Source: Vulcanimicrobiota bacterium (lineage in GTDB: Bacteria > Vulcanimicrobiota > Vulcanimicrobiia > Eremiobacterales > Eremiobacteraceae). Taken from it: a DNA stretch of 64,000 nt. The notes below the pieces were generated by a model that saw nothing but the letters and a program-made list of their open reading frames with translations, made no database searches and was not told where the DNA came from. Numbering within the stretch: the stretch's first letter is position 1; each line of letters begins with the position of its first letter. Below, piece after piece: positions 9,419 through 19,265 of this stretch. Location of the stretch: NCBI GenBank assembly GCA_963812135.1, contig CAWETU010000005.1, positions 160,001-224,000 of the forward strand, in the 5' to 3' direction. The position numbers were made by a program, and so were the translations under genes.

Positions 9419-9793
9419 TCAGGAGAAGGTGACGGGGACGTTGAGGCTTCCGCCGCTGCCGTCCGAGATCGTGATGTTGCATGTGCCGGCCTTGCCGGTC
9501 GCCGTCACATGGAACACGTTGGTCGATGCCGGATCGGCCGTGACCGTTGCAATTGTGGCATCGGTGGTCGTCGCCGTGAAGAACGTGTTGCCGTTGGTTT
9601 CGGAGGCGGTGAGGGTCGCGGGGCCCTTGTTGCCGGCATTGAACGAGAAACTCGTCGGCGCCGCGGCGATGACCGGCGACGGCGTTGGCGTCGGAATGTT
9701 GTAGAGCTTGTTGAAGAGACCGCTGCCGGTGCAGCCCGCAAGCAGCACAGCGAATGCTGCGGCGACCATGAAGACGTAAGCGGGGCTACGCAT
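9419..9793 (-). CDS. Small lipoprotein with Thr-rich Ig-like domain
   Basis: Lipobox LAGC, PTPTPSP linker, beta-strand pattern. ATG 9793. Confidence 0.8.
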   Translation of the reverse strand: MRSPAYVFMVAAAFAVLLAGCTGSGLFNKLYNIPTPTPSPVIAAAPTSFSFNAGNKGPATLTASETNGNTFFTATTTDATIATVTADPASTNVFHVTATGKAGTCNITISDGSGGSLNVPVTFS

Positions 9794-9983
9794 TTTCTGA
9801 ATCAATCCTTTCTGGGACTTGCCCAGACGTTTGCAATTGAAGGAGCAGGTCGCGCAATTCGTCAGGCTCCGCGATGAGCCACGAACGCATGCATCGCACA
9901 TCGGTCACGCGGCACTTGAGGCTGCCGCCGTTGACGTGGAAGAAGCGCAAGACGAACGCGCTTTCGCCGCCGGTGGTATCGAT
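9786..9983 (-). CDS. Unannotated small protein (about 65 aa), possible non-canonical ATC start
   Basis: Open frame IDTTGGESAFVLRFFHVNGGSLKCRVTDVRCMRSWLIAEPDELRDLLLQLQTSGQVPERIDSENA*. AGGAGAGGAG lies 6 nt upstream of ATC, and the stop overlaps the lipoprotein start. Confidence 0.5.
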   Translation of the reverse strand: MDTTGGESAFVLRFFHVNGGSLKCRVTDVRCMRSWLIAEPDELRDLLLQLQTSGQVPERIDSENA

Positions 9984-10094
9984 GTCGGACTCCTCTCCTA
10001 GGCAAGCGGCATGGCCCTACGGTATCGGGGGGCCGTAAACGGAACGTGAAATCGGCCAAAGTCGAACTCCACGCCGGCGTCGAACCACCGTGTC

Positions 10095-13000
10095 ATGCCC
10101 GCATGTTCGCTCGAGACGCTCGGCACGTTTGCCTTACGAGTGGACGGCCGGCTCGCACCGGCTCCGTCGACCCAAAAAGCGCGCGCGTTGCTCGTTTATC
10201 TGGTGATGCATCGAGGCAGCGACGTCGCGCGCGAGCGGCTCATGGAACTGCTCTGGCCCGACGCCGACCCCGAGCGCGGCCGCGAGAGCTTACGCACCGC
10301 GCTACATTCGATACGGCGCAGTTTGCGCGGCGCCGACGCCGACGCCGACGCGCTGCTGACCGCTAACAAATCCGTGGTGCGTTGGACGCCCGAGACGAAG
10401 CTCGACATCGATCGCTTCGCCGAGCTGGCCGACCACAGTGATCCGGCGTCGCTTTCGGAGGCCCTCGCCGTATATCGCGGTGATTTTCTTGAAGGCGATT
10501 ACGAGAATTGGACGGTTATCGAGCGCGAGCGGCTCTCTGCGCGGTACGAGCGACTCCTTGCCCGTGCGCTCAAGTCGGCGAACGATCCGGAGATCGCGCG
10601 CCGCCTGATCGAGCGAAATCCTTACGAAGAGGAACCATACATCGCGCTGATCGATGCCGAGCTGGCAGCAGGTCGCCGTGCTGTCGCGCAACGCCTGATC
10701 GCGCAATGTCGCGGCGCGCTGGCCGAACTCGGCGAACGCCCCTCGGCGGAGTTTGAGCGCCGGTATGCCGATCTCGAGCGCGCGGTCGCCAAACCAGCCG
10801 ACTCGTTCCGCCTCCCATTCGTGGGCCGCGAGCATGAGTTGGCAGACATCCAACGGCATCTCGACGACGCGGCTCAAGCTCGCGGATCGCTCACCATCGT
10901 CAGCGGCGAACCGGGGATCGGCAAGTCGACGCTGCTTGCGCACGCGGTCGAGTCTGCCATCCGCCGCGGTGTGCGAGTTATCAGCGTCCAGTGCCTGACC
11001 GGCGATCCTCGACCGTTCGGTCCATGGCAAGGCGTCTTCGAAGGCTTGACGAGCCGAAGCTTGCCGGAGTTCGTCAAGCTGGCCGGACGCGATGTCGCCA
11101 GCGAGGTCGCGGATTCGATCGTCGGCGCATTGGACAAGCCTGCAATGCTTGTCATCGACGACGTGCAATATGCGCGCGACGCGGCGCTCGAAGTCACGAT
11201 CCACGTCATGCGACTCGCGAGCGCGACACACGCAGTCGTTGCTGCGACCCGGCCGGAAGGCATCGCGCGTCTCAATGCGGCGCTCGGCGAATTGCGCCGC
11301 ACCGAGTTGGCGGTCGGCGCACTGACCCGGGACGATCTCGTAGCGGGCTTGCAGCGCCTCGCCATCGCCGACGACGACCCACTCCTCGATGCGCTGTATG
11401 GCCGCACAGATGGCAACCCGCTGTACGTGATCAGCTTTCTCGACGAACTCGTGAAGTCGGGAACGCTGCGACGGCACGGTCATCGTTGGGAGATCGACCT
11501 CAAGCGGCCGCTCGAATTGCAACTGCCCAAGTCGCTCACTCGCTCAATCGAAAACCGGTTGCGTTCCCGTGGCGACGTCGCTGCGGGAGTCGCCTGTGCG
11601 CTCGCCCTCGATGCGGACGCCGACATCGACGACGTGGGCAACGCGCTCGGACTCGACGAGACTTCCCGCCTTGATGCGCTTGACGATTTGCTCGCGCTCG
11701 GAGTCGTCGTCGAGCAATCTTCAGGACCGCAGCTGAGCTTCATACACGACGTCGTGCGCGACGTGGCCGCCCTGCTCCTGAGCGCGGCTCGACGAACCCG
11801 TGTGCATCGGGCGTTCGCAGACAGTCTCGCGCGATCGCCGGCACGCAACGCCGCTCTACGGCAAGCCCGTCATCTCGAGGCCGCAGGAGACTTTATGGGG
11901 GCAGCAGGCCTTTATAAGGACGCTGCGATCGAGGCGATGGAGTTGCGAGCAGTTTCCGACGCTAGTGCGCGATGCGACGATGGGTTGCGAATGCTCGCCA
12001 AGGCGGACCGCAGCGAGCCGGTCGAACTCGTGGCAGCCGAGCTGCACCGCGTCAAGGCCGAGAATCTCGTCCGTAACGGCCGTTACAAAGATGCGCTCGC
12101 CCCGGTCGTCGAGTCGGTGCGCATGGCGCGCGCTGCGGGCGATGAACGGGCGCTCATCAAGTCGCTCAATCTACGCTCGACGATCAACATGGAGCTGCCG
12201 CAAATCGATGACATGCTGCGCGATGCGGACGAGGTCGCCACGATCGCCGATCGGGTCGGCGATCACGCTTCCGCGGTCAATGCTGCCGTCAAGCGTTCGT
12301 GGGCTTTCGTGATGCTCGAAGACGGCGATCAGGCGATAGCTCAAGGCGAGAAAGCGCTTGCGTTGGCGGACCGCATCGGCAGCGATCGCGATCGAATGGT
12401 CGCCGCCGATAATCTGATCCGAGCCGCTTCGCTCTGGTGGCATTTCAAAACGGCTGCAGCGGCTTCGACGGTTGCCATCCAGATCGGGCCGCGCGTCGGC
12501 TGGAACGCGGAGGTCGCGAACCTGAGCGCCGCGGCCCGGCTGTGGCTGCTCGTCGGCCGGCTTGAAGTTGCTCGCGGGATGCTCGAGCAGGCGCGCAGTC
12601 ACCCGCAGAGCAGGCTCCGATCCGGTGACGTGCTGCTCTCGATGCCGTTGCACGAGCTACGGGTCGATTTTGTTCTCGCGACGGTGCTGACCGAGCTCGG
12701 ACGCCTCGATGAAGCCCTCGAGGTGGCGGAGCGCTGTGCGAGGCACCCCCTGACCGCCAGCGAGCCGGACATCGACAACACGCTACGCATGGCGCTTCTC
12801 GACATTCTGTGGCGGCGCAACCAGGCCGCCGACCGCAAACGACTACCCGATCTGCTGCGAATCCTTACCGACGTTCGCACGACGACGGGCGTGCTCTTCG
12901 GGGGCAACAGCCCGGAGATCATCCGTGGTATCGTGTCGGTGCGTCTCGGTGTTGCGCAAGCGCCAGAGCTTCTGTCAAAGGCGATCGACCACTCCGAGTC

Positions 13001-13169
13001 TGCCTCTGCCCGCAAGCCCTTTGATTGCGTTCGTGGTTTTGCCAAGCTGGCGGCAGCGGCAGGTGAGGCCGGACTACCCGAGCTTCACGCCCGAAGTGAA
13101 CGTCTCCGTGAGATCTATGCCCGCCGCCACGCGAGCGCCGTTGCAGAACTAGATAAGGTGCTCGCGTGA
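10095..13169 (+). CDS. SARP/BTAD transcriptional regulator with AAA (STAND) ATPase and TPR region
   Basis: RERLMELLWP..LRTALHSIR, YRGDFL..W...ERERL, FVGREHEL, Walker A GEPGIGKS, IDDVQ, TDGNPLY, FIHDVVR, helical repeats. Confidence 0.92.
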   Translation: MPACSLETLGTFALRVDGRLAPAPSTQKARALLVYLVMHRGSDVARERLMELLWPDADPERGRESLRTALHSIRRSLRGADADADALLTANKSVVRWTPETKLDIDRFAELADHSDPASLSEALAVYRGDFLEGDYENWTVIERERLSARYERLLARALKSANDPEIARRLIERNPYEEEPYIALIDAELAAGRRAVAQRLIAQCRGALAELGERPSAEFERRYADLERAVAKPADSFRLPFVGREHELADIQRHLDDAAQARGSLTIVSGEPGIGKSTLLAHAVESAIRRGVRVISVQCLTGDPRPFGPWQGVFEGLTSRSLPEFVKLAGRDVASEVADSIVGALDKPAMLVIDDVQYARDAALEVTIHVMRLASATHAVVAATRPEGIARLNAALGELRRTELAVGALTRDDLVAGLQRLAIADDDPLLDALYGRTDGNPLYVISFLDELVKSGTLRRHGHRWEIDLKRPLELQLPKSLTRSIENRLRSRGDVAAGVACALALDADADIDDVGNALGLDETSRLDALDDLLALGVVVEQSSGPQLSFIHDVVRDVAALLLSAARRTRVHRAFADSLARSPARNAALRQARHLEAAGDFMGAAGLYKDAAIEAMELRAVSDASARCDDGLRMLAKADRSEPVELVAAELHRVKAENLVRNGRYKDALAPVVESVRMARAAGDERALIKSLNLRSTINMELPQIDDMLRDADEVATIADRVGDHASAVNAAVKRSWAFVMLEDGDQAIAQGEKALALADRIGSDRDRMVAADNLIRAASLWWHFKTAAAASTVAIQIGPRVGWNAEVANLSAAARLWLLVGRLEVARGMLEQARSHPQSRLRSGDVLLSMPLHELRVDFVLATVLTELGRLDEALEVAERCARHPLTASEPDIDNTLRMALLDILWRRNQAADRKRLPDLLRILTDVRTTTGVLFGGNSPEIIRGIVSVRLGVAQAPELLSKAIDHSESASARKPFDCVRGFAKLAAAAGEAGLPELHARSERLREIYARRHASAVAELDKVLA

Positions 13170-13173
13170 ACAG

Positions 13174-13545
13174 ATGAACAAGTCAACTCCTGAAGGTTGG
13201 CACAGCATTACGCCTCGCCTCGTCGTTGACGATCCGGCCAAGTTGGTCCAGTTCCTTAAGCGCGCTTTCGGTGCGACTGGAGAGCTCGCGACCGAAACGC
13301 CATCCCAGGTGCGGATCGGCGATTCGATCGTCATGGTGAGCGGTACCGGTCCGCGCGATCCGATGCGCGCCTTCCTGTATCTGTACGTCGATGACGTCGA
13401 TGCAACATATCGGCGGGCAGTGGACGCCGGCGCCGCGTCGCTCGAGCCACCAGAGGACCTGCCGTACGGAGACCGCCGCGCGATGATTGAGGACCCCTGT
13501 GGCAACCGCTGGCAAATTGCAACCTATAAGGGAGTATCTCGTTAG
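13174..13545 (+). CDS. VOC/glyoxalase (PhnB-like) protein
   Basis: PEGWHSITPRL, YVDDVDATY, YGDR..EDPCGNRWQIAT. Confidence 0.88.
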   Translation: MNKSTPEGWHSITPRLVVDDPAKLVQFLKRAFGATGELATETPSQVRIGDSIVMVSGTGPRDPMRAFLYLYVDDVDATYRRAVDAGAASLEPPEDLPYGDRRAMIEDPCGNRWQIATYKGVSR

Positions 13546-13576
13546 GGCGACCTGCTCTGTAGCACAAGTTGTCGCA

Positions 13577-14680
13577 ATGGCCGCGTTGGTCGCATTGCTC
13601 ACCGGTGCGCAGACCGCCGCGCTGGCTGATGCCAAAGCGCAGTGCGGCCCGCCGGTTTCGGTCGCTCCATTTCTCGCGAATGGCTATATGGTTGCGTGGA
13701 GCCATCGGACTGATCGCATCGTGTACGCGAGCCGAAATGCGTCCGGTCTGTACGAATTGCACGTCATCAACCCGGACGGTTCCAACGACGTGCGACTCGG
13801 CGCGAACAACCCAGATATGCCGCGGGGTCACACCGGTTCGCCGAGCTGGGATCCGGACGGGAGCTGGATCGCGTTTTCCGCTGAAAAGCCGAAACATGCG
13901 GGAAGTCATGCCGACGCGATCCCAGGTTTTGGCGGATACTCCGACGTCTGGGTCATCACGCCCGACGGCGCGCACGTCTACCCGCTAACGAACGAGCCGA
14001 ACGACGACAACCATGGCGCGATGATCCCGCGCTTCTCTCCCGACGGCCGCAAACTTGCGTGGACCGCTCGCGTCGCAGCGCCGAGCATCCTGAGCGCGAA
14101 GCGAGCGTTCGGATACTGGGTGCTACGAGTCGCGGATTTCGTCGTCGGCCACGACGGCATCCCATCGCTGCACAATGTCCACGACTATCGTGCAAGCGGA
14201 GACGCATTTTATGAGATGGGCGGTTTTTCGCCGGACGGCCGCACGCTCGTCTTCACAAGCGACTACGCCACCGGCAAATGGTGGGAAAGTCAGATCTATT
14301 CGATCGACCTGGCGACGTCGCGCGTCGCAGCGCTGACGTCATCGAACTACAACGAACATCCCTCCTACACTCCCGACGGTCGCGTGATCTGGATGAGCGA
14401 TACTGACATCCGTCCGCTCGGTGGATTCCTGATGCCGGGCACGGATTGGTGGCTAATGAACGCAGACGGCTCTCATAAGGTACGCTTGTCGTACCTCAAT
14501 GGGCGCGGTCACCCCGAGTTCACCGGCAAGCCCATGTGGGCCGGCACCGTGGCGTGGAGCAGCGATGGCCGCCGCTTTATCGGCGATGTACAGACAAATC
14601 TGTTGACGCAAGCCGGCAAGGCGATTTGGGTCGATCTCTCGTGCCCGTCCGCGGCTCGACCGCTATCGAAGCGCGTGTGA
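13577..14680 (+). CDS. Secreted TolB-like (PD40) beta-propeller protein
   Basis: Repeated WDPDG/FSPDG/YTPDG/WSSDG motifs and a signal peptide. Start uncertain. Confidence 0.8.
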   Translation: MAALVALLTGAQTAALADAKAQCGPPVSVAPFLANGYMVAWSHRTDRIVYASRNASGLYELHVINPDGSNDVRLGANNPDMPRGHTGSPSWDPDGSWIAFSAEKPKHAGSHADAIPGFGGYSDVWVITPDGAHVYPLTNEPNDDNHGAMIPRFSPDGRKLAWTARVAAPSILSAKRAFGYWVLRVADFVVGHDGIPSLHNVHDYRASGDAFYEMGGFSPDGRTLVFTSDYATGKWWESQIYSIDLATSRVAALTSSNYNEHPSYTPDGRVIWMSDTDIRPLGGFLMPGTDWWLMNADGSHKVRLSYLNGRGHPEFTGKPMWAGTVAWSSDGRRFIGDVQTNLLTQAGKAIWVDLSCPSAARPLSKRV

Positions 14681-14684
14681 GCTC

Positions 14685-15803
14685 TCAGGATGTCGTGCGC
14701 GCGAAGCGGATGCTCGACACGAGGATCAATGCCAAGCCAAGCGCGCTCATCGCCAATACTTGGGGCCACAGCGCATCGAGCCCCGCGCCGCGTAGAATGA
14801 TCCCGCGCAAAATCTCCAAGAAGTAGGTCATCGGGATGAATAACCCGATCCATTGCATGACCGTCGGCATGAGTTCGCGCTCGAAGAAAAATCCTGAGAG
14901 CAGAATAGACGGTCCGGTGAGCGCAAACGTCATCAAGATGGCTTGCAGTTGGGTCTGCGCGATCGTCGAGACGAGCAGGCCGAGGCCGAGCGCGGACATC
15001 AGAAAGCACACGCCCAGTGCGAGCAGCAACAGGACGCTCCCCGCGATCGGCACTTTGAAGATGAACACCATCGCCAACAGCACCAGCAAGAAGTCGATGA
15101 ACCCGATCGCCACGTACGGCACGATTTTTCCGAGCATGAGGCCGGTCGACCCGATCGGCGTCACGAGCAGCTGATCGAGCGTGCCGCGTTCGCGTTCGCC
15201 CACGATCGAAAGCGCCATCAAGAAGATCGTGATGAGCTGCATGATCAGCCCGATGAGCCCAGGCACGAGGAAGTTCGCGCTGCGCAGATCCGGGTTGAAG
15301 AGCATGCGCGGGCGGACGTCGATGATCGTCGCGCTCGCCTGTGGATGCAGTTCGAGCGACAACGCCTGCCCGATGAGCCCTGAGGCGCCGTACGCTTGCT
15401 GTGCGATCGATGAATCCGAGCCATCGATAAGCACTTGGATCTGCCCCTGCCGGCCGGCGAGCACGTCGGCTGTGAAATTCGGAGGAATGTCCACCGCAAC
15501 GTGGATCTTGCCCGCCACGATCAGCTTCTCGAGTTCTTGCCGCGACGAAGCACGACGTACGAGATCGAACTGCTGCGATGTGCGCAGCGAATCGAGGGCT
15601 CGAATCGCGAGCGCCCCGCGATCCTCGTCGTAGTACGCAGTTGGAATGTGCTCGACGCGCGTGTTGATCGCATACCCGAAAAGCAGCAGCTGCAAGATCG
15701 GAAGAAACAACGCCAAAGCGAGCGTTGCCCGGTCGCGTACGACGTGCAACACTTCTTTGTAGAGCACAGCGGAGAAGCCGCGTGTATCGAATGGCTGCCT
15801 CAT
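14685..15803 (-). CDS. ABC-2 type exporter permease (YbhR/YbhS-like)
   Basis: KEVLHVVRD, LLFGYAI, VPGLIG, ERERGTLDQLLVTP. Confidence 0.92.
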   Translation of the reverse strand: MRQPFDTRGFSAVLYKEVLHVVRDRATLALALFLPILQLLLFGYAINTRVEHIPTAYYDEDRGALAIRALDSLRTSQQFDLVRRASSRQELEKLIVAGKIHVAVDIPPNFTADVLAGRQGQIQVLIDGSDSSIAQQAYGASGLIGQALSLELHPQASATIIDVRPRMLFNPDLRSANFLVPGLIGLIMQLITIFLMALSIVGERERGTLDQLLVTPIGSTGLMLGKIVPYVAIGFIDFLLVLLAMVFIFKVPIAGSVLLLLALGVCFLMSALGLGLLVSTIAQTQLQAILMTFALTGPSILLSGFFFERELMPTVMQWIGLFIPMTYFLEILRGIILRGAGLDALWPQVLAMSALGLALILVSSIRFARTTS

Positions 15804-16753
15804 GCCGCATTCACCCGTGAGCGCGTGAGCGCGACGAACACGTCTTCCAGCGATGGTTCGATGCGCTCGATCCCCTCGACGCCGGCGTGCGCGCCGCTCA
15901 GATCGGCTTGCAGCCGTTCGGGCGTGCAGTCCGCGGCCACGACGAGATGCAGGTCACGCCCGAAGATCGTCACGTCCTTGACGTATTCGAGGTGTTGCGC
16001 TGCAGAAAACGCCGGCATCACGTCCACGGTATGGACGGCGTAACGGACCGTGCCTGGCGCTTGCACGCCCGGCAGGCGACGCAACTCGTCGAGCGTGCCG
16101 AGCGCGATGAGCTCGCCGCCGAAGATGTAGCCGACCCGCGAGCAGCGTTCGGCTTCATCCATATAATGGGTCGTCACGAACAACGTGACGCCTGTCTCAG
16201 CGAGCTTGAACAGCAAGTCCCAAAGGTCGCGACGCGCGACCGGGTCGATGCCCGCCGTGGGCTCGTCCAAGAACATGACTTTTGGTTCGTGCAAGAATGC
16301 CGTCGCCAGCGCGAGGCGCTGCTTCCAACCGCCGGAGAGCTGGTCCGCCAGCTTATTGCTGTATTGTCCGATGCCGGCGAGCTCGGTGACTTCGCGCTTG
16401 CGCCGCTCGCGCCGCTCTGGATCCAGATTATATGCGCGCGCGTAGAACTCGAGGTTTTCGTTCACCGTCAGGTCGCCGTACAGCGAGAACTGCTGCGACA
16501 TGTAGCCGATCGCTTCGCGGACTTGGTCTCCTTGGCGCTCGATGTCAAAGCCGTCAACGCTGCCCGTGCCGGCGGTCGGACGCACCAAGCCGCACAGCAT
16601 CTTGATCGTGGTGGACTTGCCGCTGCCGTTCGGACCTAAGAACCCGAAGATCGTGCCGCGCGGGACCTCGAAGCTCAGATCACGCACGACGGTCTGGTCG
16701 CCGTAGCGCTTGGTCAGTCCGCGCGCCACAATCGCGGCTCCGGGGTCGCTCAC
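15800..16753 (-). CDS. ABC exporter ATP-binding subunit
   Basis: GPNGSGKST, LSGGWKQR, LDEPTAG, TTHYMDEAE. Confidence 0.95.
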   Translation of the reverse strand: MSDPGAAIVARGLTKRYGDQTVVRDLSFEVPRGTIFGFLGPNGSGKSTTIKMLCGLVRPTAGTGSVDGFDIERQGDQVREAIGYMSQQFSLYGDLTVNENLEFYARAYNLDPERRERRKREVTELAGIGQYSNKLADQLSGGWKQRLALATAFLHEPKVMFLDEPTAGIDPVARRDLWDLLFKLAETGVTLFVTTHYMDEAERCSRVGYIFGGELIALGTLDELRRLPGVQAPGTVRYAVHTVDVMPAFSAAQHLEYVKDVTIFGRDLHLVVAADCTPERLQADLSGAHAGVEGIERIEPSLEDVFVALTRSRVNAA

Positions 16754-17865
16754 AAGCTGACGCTGACCGTGGTGCCCCCGCGCAGCACGCGATCCGGGTC
16801 GTGCACGCGCACTTTGACGCCGAACACGAGATTGGCCCGGTCTTCTGCGGTCTGGACGTCGCGTGGCGTGAACTGCGCTTGCGAGTCGATCGATTCGATG
16901 TGGCCATCGAACGGACGCGTGGGCAGCGCGTCGGAGCGCACGGTCACGTGCTGACCGATATTCGATGCGCCGAGCAGCGACTGCGGCACGTAAATGCGCA
17001 CAAATGGATCGATGAACTCGTCTACGCTGGCCACCGAGGCGCCCGGGGGAACGAGATCCCCAGCACGCAAGTCCAGACTGTTGACGATGCCGTCTGCGGG
17101 CGCGACGACGGCCATCTCTGCGAGTCGCGCCTTCGCCGCCGCAACGCCGGCTTGCGCGCTTGCGACGGCGTCGCGCGCTTGCTGGATCTGGTCGGGGCGT
17201 GCTCCGGCTGCGACGAGCGCGGCGTTTGCCGCCGCCGCTTGGTACGCCTGACGAGCTGCGACGACGCTTTGCGGCACGGAGCCGGTTTGAGCCGCAGCCA
17301 GTTGCGCTTGCGCGGACACGAGCCGTGCGTGCGCCTGGCGATCGGCCGATGCAGCGGCGTCGTATGCTTGCGCCGAGATCGCGCCGCCGCTATAGAGCTG
17401 GCGCGCGCGATTTGCGTCACGCCGCGCTTGGAGCGCGGCAGCGCGCGCCTGATTGGCGTTGGCCGCAGATTCCGTGATCTGATGCGGCGCCGTGATGTAC
17501 GCTTGTTCGTACGCGGCTTGCGCTTGCGCGGCCTGGGCGTCAGCTTTCTCGATATCTTGCTGGCGCGGGCCGGCGAGCAAGTCGTTCAGAGCCGCCTGCG
17601 CCTGCGCGAGCTGGCCTTGCGCTTGGGCCAGCGCCGCTCGCTGATCTTTGGGATCGAAGCGGACGATGGTCTGGCCTTTTCGGACCGTCTGGCCGTCGCT
17701 TGCCAGCACAGCGGTGACCCGACCGCCGACCGTGCTCCCAACGTTTGCCGATTCGGCCTGCAGCGTACCGCTGTACGTCGCCGCGCCGCGGCCGCACGCA
17801 GCAATCGCAGCGCATGCGATCGCGGCAATGATAGTGCGCGCGGCCGTCGATCGTCGCGCGCTCAT
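16750..17865 (-). CDS. HlyD-family membrane fusion protein (YbhG-like)
   Basis: Lipoyl half-motifs, long Ala/Gln coiled coil, AQFTPRDVQT motif. ATGA overlap with tetR. Confidence 0.9.
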   Translation of the reverse strand: MSARRSTAARTIIAAIACAAIAACGRGAATYSGTLQAESANVGSTVGGRVTAVLASDGQTVRKGQTIVRFDPKDQRAALAQAQGQLAQAQAALNDLLAGPRQQDIEKADAQAAQAQAAYEQAYITAPHQITESAANANQARAAALQARRDANRARQLYSGGAISAQAYDAAASADRQAHARLVSAQAQLAAAQTGSVPQSVVAARQAYQAAAANAALVAAGARPDQIQQARDAVASAQAGVAAAKARLAEMAVVAPADGIVNSLDLRAGDLVPPGASVASVDEFIDPFVRIYVPQSLLGASNIGQHVTVRSDALPTRPFDGHIESIDSQAQFTPRDVQTAEDRANLVFGVKVRVHDPDRVLRGGTTVSVSL

Positions 17866-18542
17866 CGTTGGGACCGCACGCTGTGCAGATAGGCGAGTGA
17901 GAAGTCGGTGACATGCGTGGCGATCTGGCGAATGCGCTCGCGCGTCATCTTCAACTGCGGCCATAGCCGAGCAAGCACGGGCCCCGCGTGCGGATAGAAC
18001 ATGATCTGACCGATGATGCTCTGCGCGCACAGGCGCGTCGTATCATGATCCGGCGGAAGGCCGGCGATCGCGCCGACCGTCGCGCGCAAGCGATCGTAGT
18101 TCGGGCGAATCACCTCGTCGACCACTTGCGTCAGCGCCGGCGTCGCCTCCACGAGTTCGTGGCGCATCAGGCGAAACGGCAGCGCAGGCCGGTCGTGGCT
18201 ATACACTCCTTGGAAGATCGCGAGGATCACGGCACGCAGTTGCTCCTCCGGCGGCGCATCGCGCTTGAATATCTCTCGGACCACGGTATGGCCGGCCGCA
18301 CTCGCGACTTGTCGGAGCACTTCGGTGTACAGACCCAGCTTGTCTCGAAAATGATAGTTGACCGACGCGATGTTCACGCCGGCGCGCACGCAGATCTCTC
18401 GCACGGTCGCCGCATGATATCCGCGCTCAGCGAAGATCTCCATCGCCGCCTCGACGAGCTTGGCGCGAGTGGGATCAGTCGGGGAGCGTTCGCCGATCTC
18501 GCGACGCGGCGCGCGCTTTGGGGCGGCAGTGCCGGTGCTCAT
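17862..18542 (-). CDS. TetR-family regulator (CecR/YbiH-like)
   Basis: HTH ATVREIC..VNYHFRDK..LY; heads the HlyD-ABC operon. Confidence 0.9.
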   Translation of the reverse strand: MSTGTAAPKRAPRREIGERSPTDPTRAKLVEAAMEIFAERGYHAATVREICVRAGVNIASVNYHFRDKLGLYTEVLRQVASAAGHTVVREIFKRDAPPEEQLRAVILAIFQGVYSHDRPALPFRLMRHELVEATPALTQVVDEVIRPNYDRLRATVGAIAGLPPDHDTTRLCAQSIIGQIMFYPHAGPVLARLWPQLKMTRERIRQIATHVTDFSLAYLHSVRSQR

Positions 18543-18553
18543 CTCTAACACGC

Positions 18554-18582
18554 ATTTTAAACACCTGTTTGAGGGGTGTCAA
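18554..18582 (-). promoter_or_regulatory. Sigma70 promoter with embedded operator-like dyad
   Basis: TTGACA-17 bp-TAAAAT on the minus strand, with dyad TCAAACA-GG-TGTTTAA at 18557-18572. Confidence 0.8.
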
Positions 18583-19265
18583 GCGATGGCTTGTTCGACG
18601 CTCGTCAAGAACCGTTCCCATGGGGCCTCTCCGACCGCCGCGCCGTCGCGTTGTCCCCACCGGCCGACGACTGCTTGCAGCTCGTGGCTCGGCATGTCGC
18701 GTTCGAGCACGGACAGGCGCTCGTAGCGATCGAGCAGATAGCCGTAGTAGTCATTGGGCGTTCGCATCTCAGCCCGCGGTGTGCGAGCCGTCTGCGCATT
18801 CCAATGGTGCACGATGGTCGCATATACGCCCCACTCCATGTGGCTGCGCAGCAGCAGCAATCGCCACGCTGATAGGTCGTTGCCCGCGACGTTCCACGCA
18901 CCCTTCGGGCACACGATCCCATCGCGAAACTCAACGGCACCGTGGCGCAGTTGGGCTGGGAACACCCGGCATGCGGACGGCCGCGACGGATAGATCCCGC
19001 AGCGGCCGATGCCTCCAAGCTCCATGAGGAAATTGCATTGCTGCCTGCCGTCGGATCCGGGATGCTTCGCCAACACGAGCGAGAACGTGGTCTTGGTGGC
19101 GTCCAGTTTGAATCCGATGCCGGTCGCCTCTTGCTCCTGCGCGATCGTGATGAATTGTTCGGGCGCAAGGCGCATCTGCGTTGCGATGGTCCACACATCG
19201 TGTCCGCTCAGGCTCACGAAGTATTGCCTGCAGCACTCGCCGACGCAGCCTTCACACGGTCGCAT
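18579..19265 (-). CDS. YkgJ-family CxxCxxCC cysteine-cluster protein
   Basis: CEGCVGECC...CNFL...CGIYPSRPSACRVFP...CP. Confidence 0.85.
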   Translation of the reverse strand: MRPCEGCVGECCRQYFVSLSGHDVWTIATQMRLAPEQFITIAQEQEATGIGFKLDATKTTFSLVLAKHPGSDGRQQCNFLMELGGIGRCGIYPSRPSACRVFPAQLRHGAVEFRDGIVCPKGAWNVAGNDLSAWRLLLLRSHMEWGVYATIVHHWNAQTARTPRAEMRTPNDYYGYLLDRYERLSVLERDMPSHELQAVVGRWGQRDGAAVGEAPWERFLTSVEQAIA

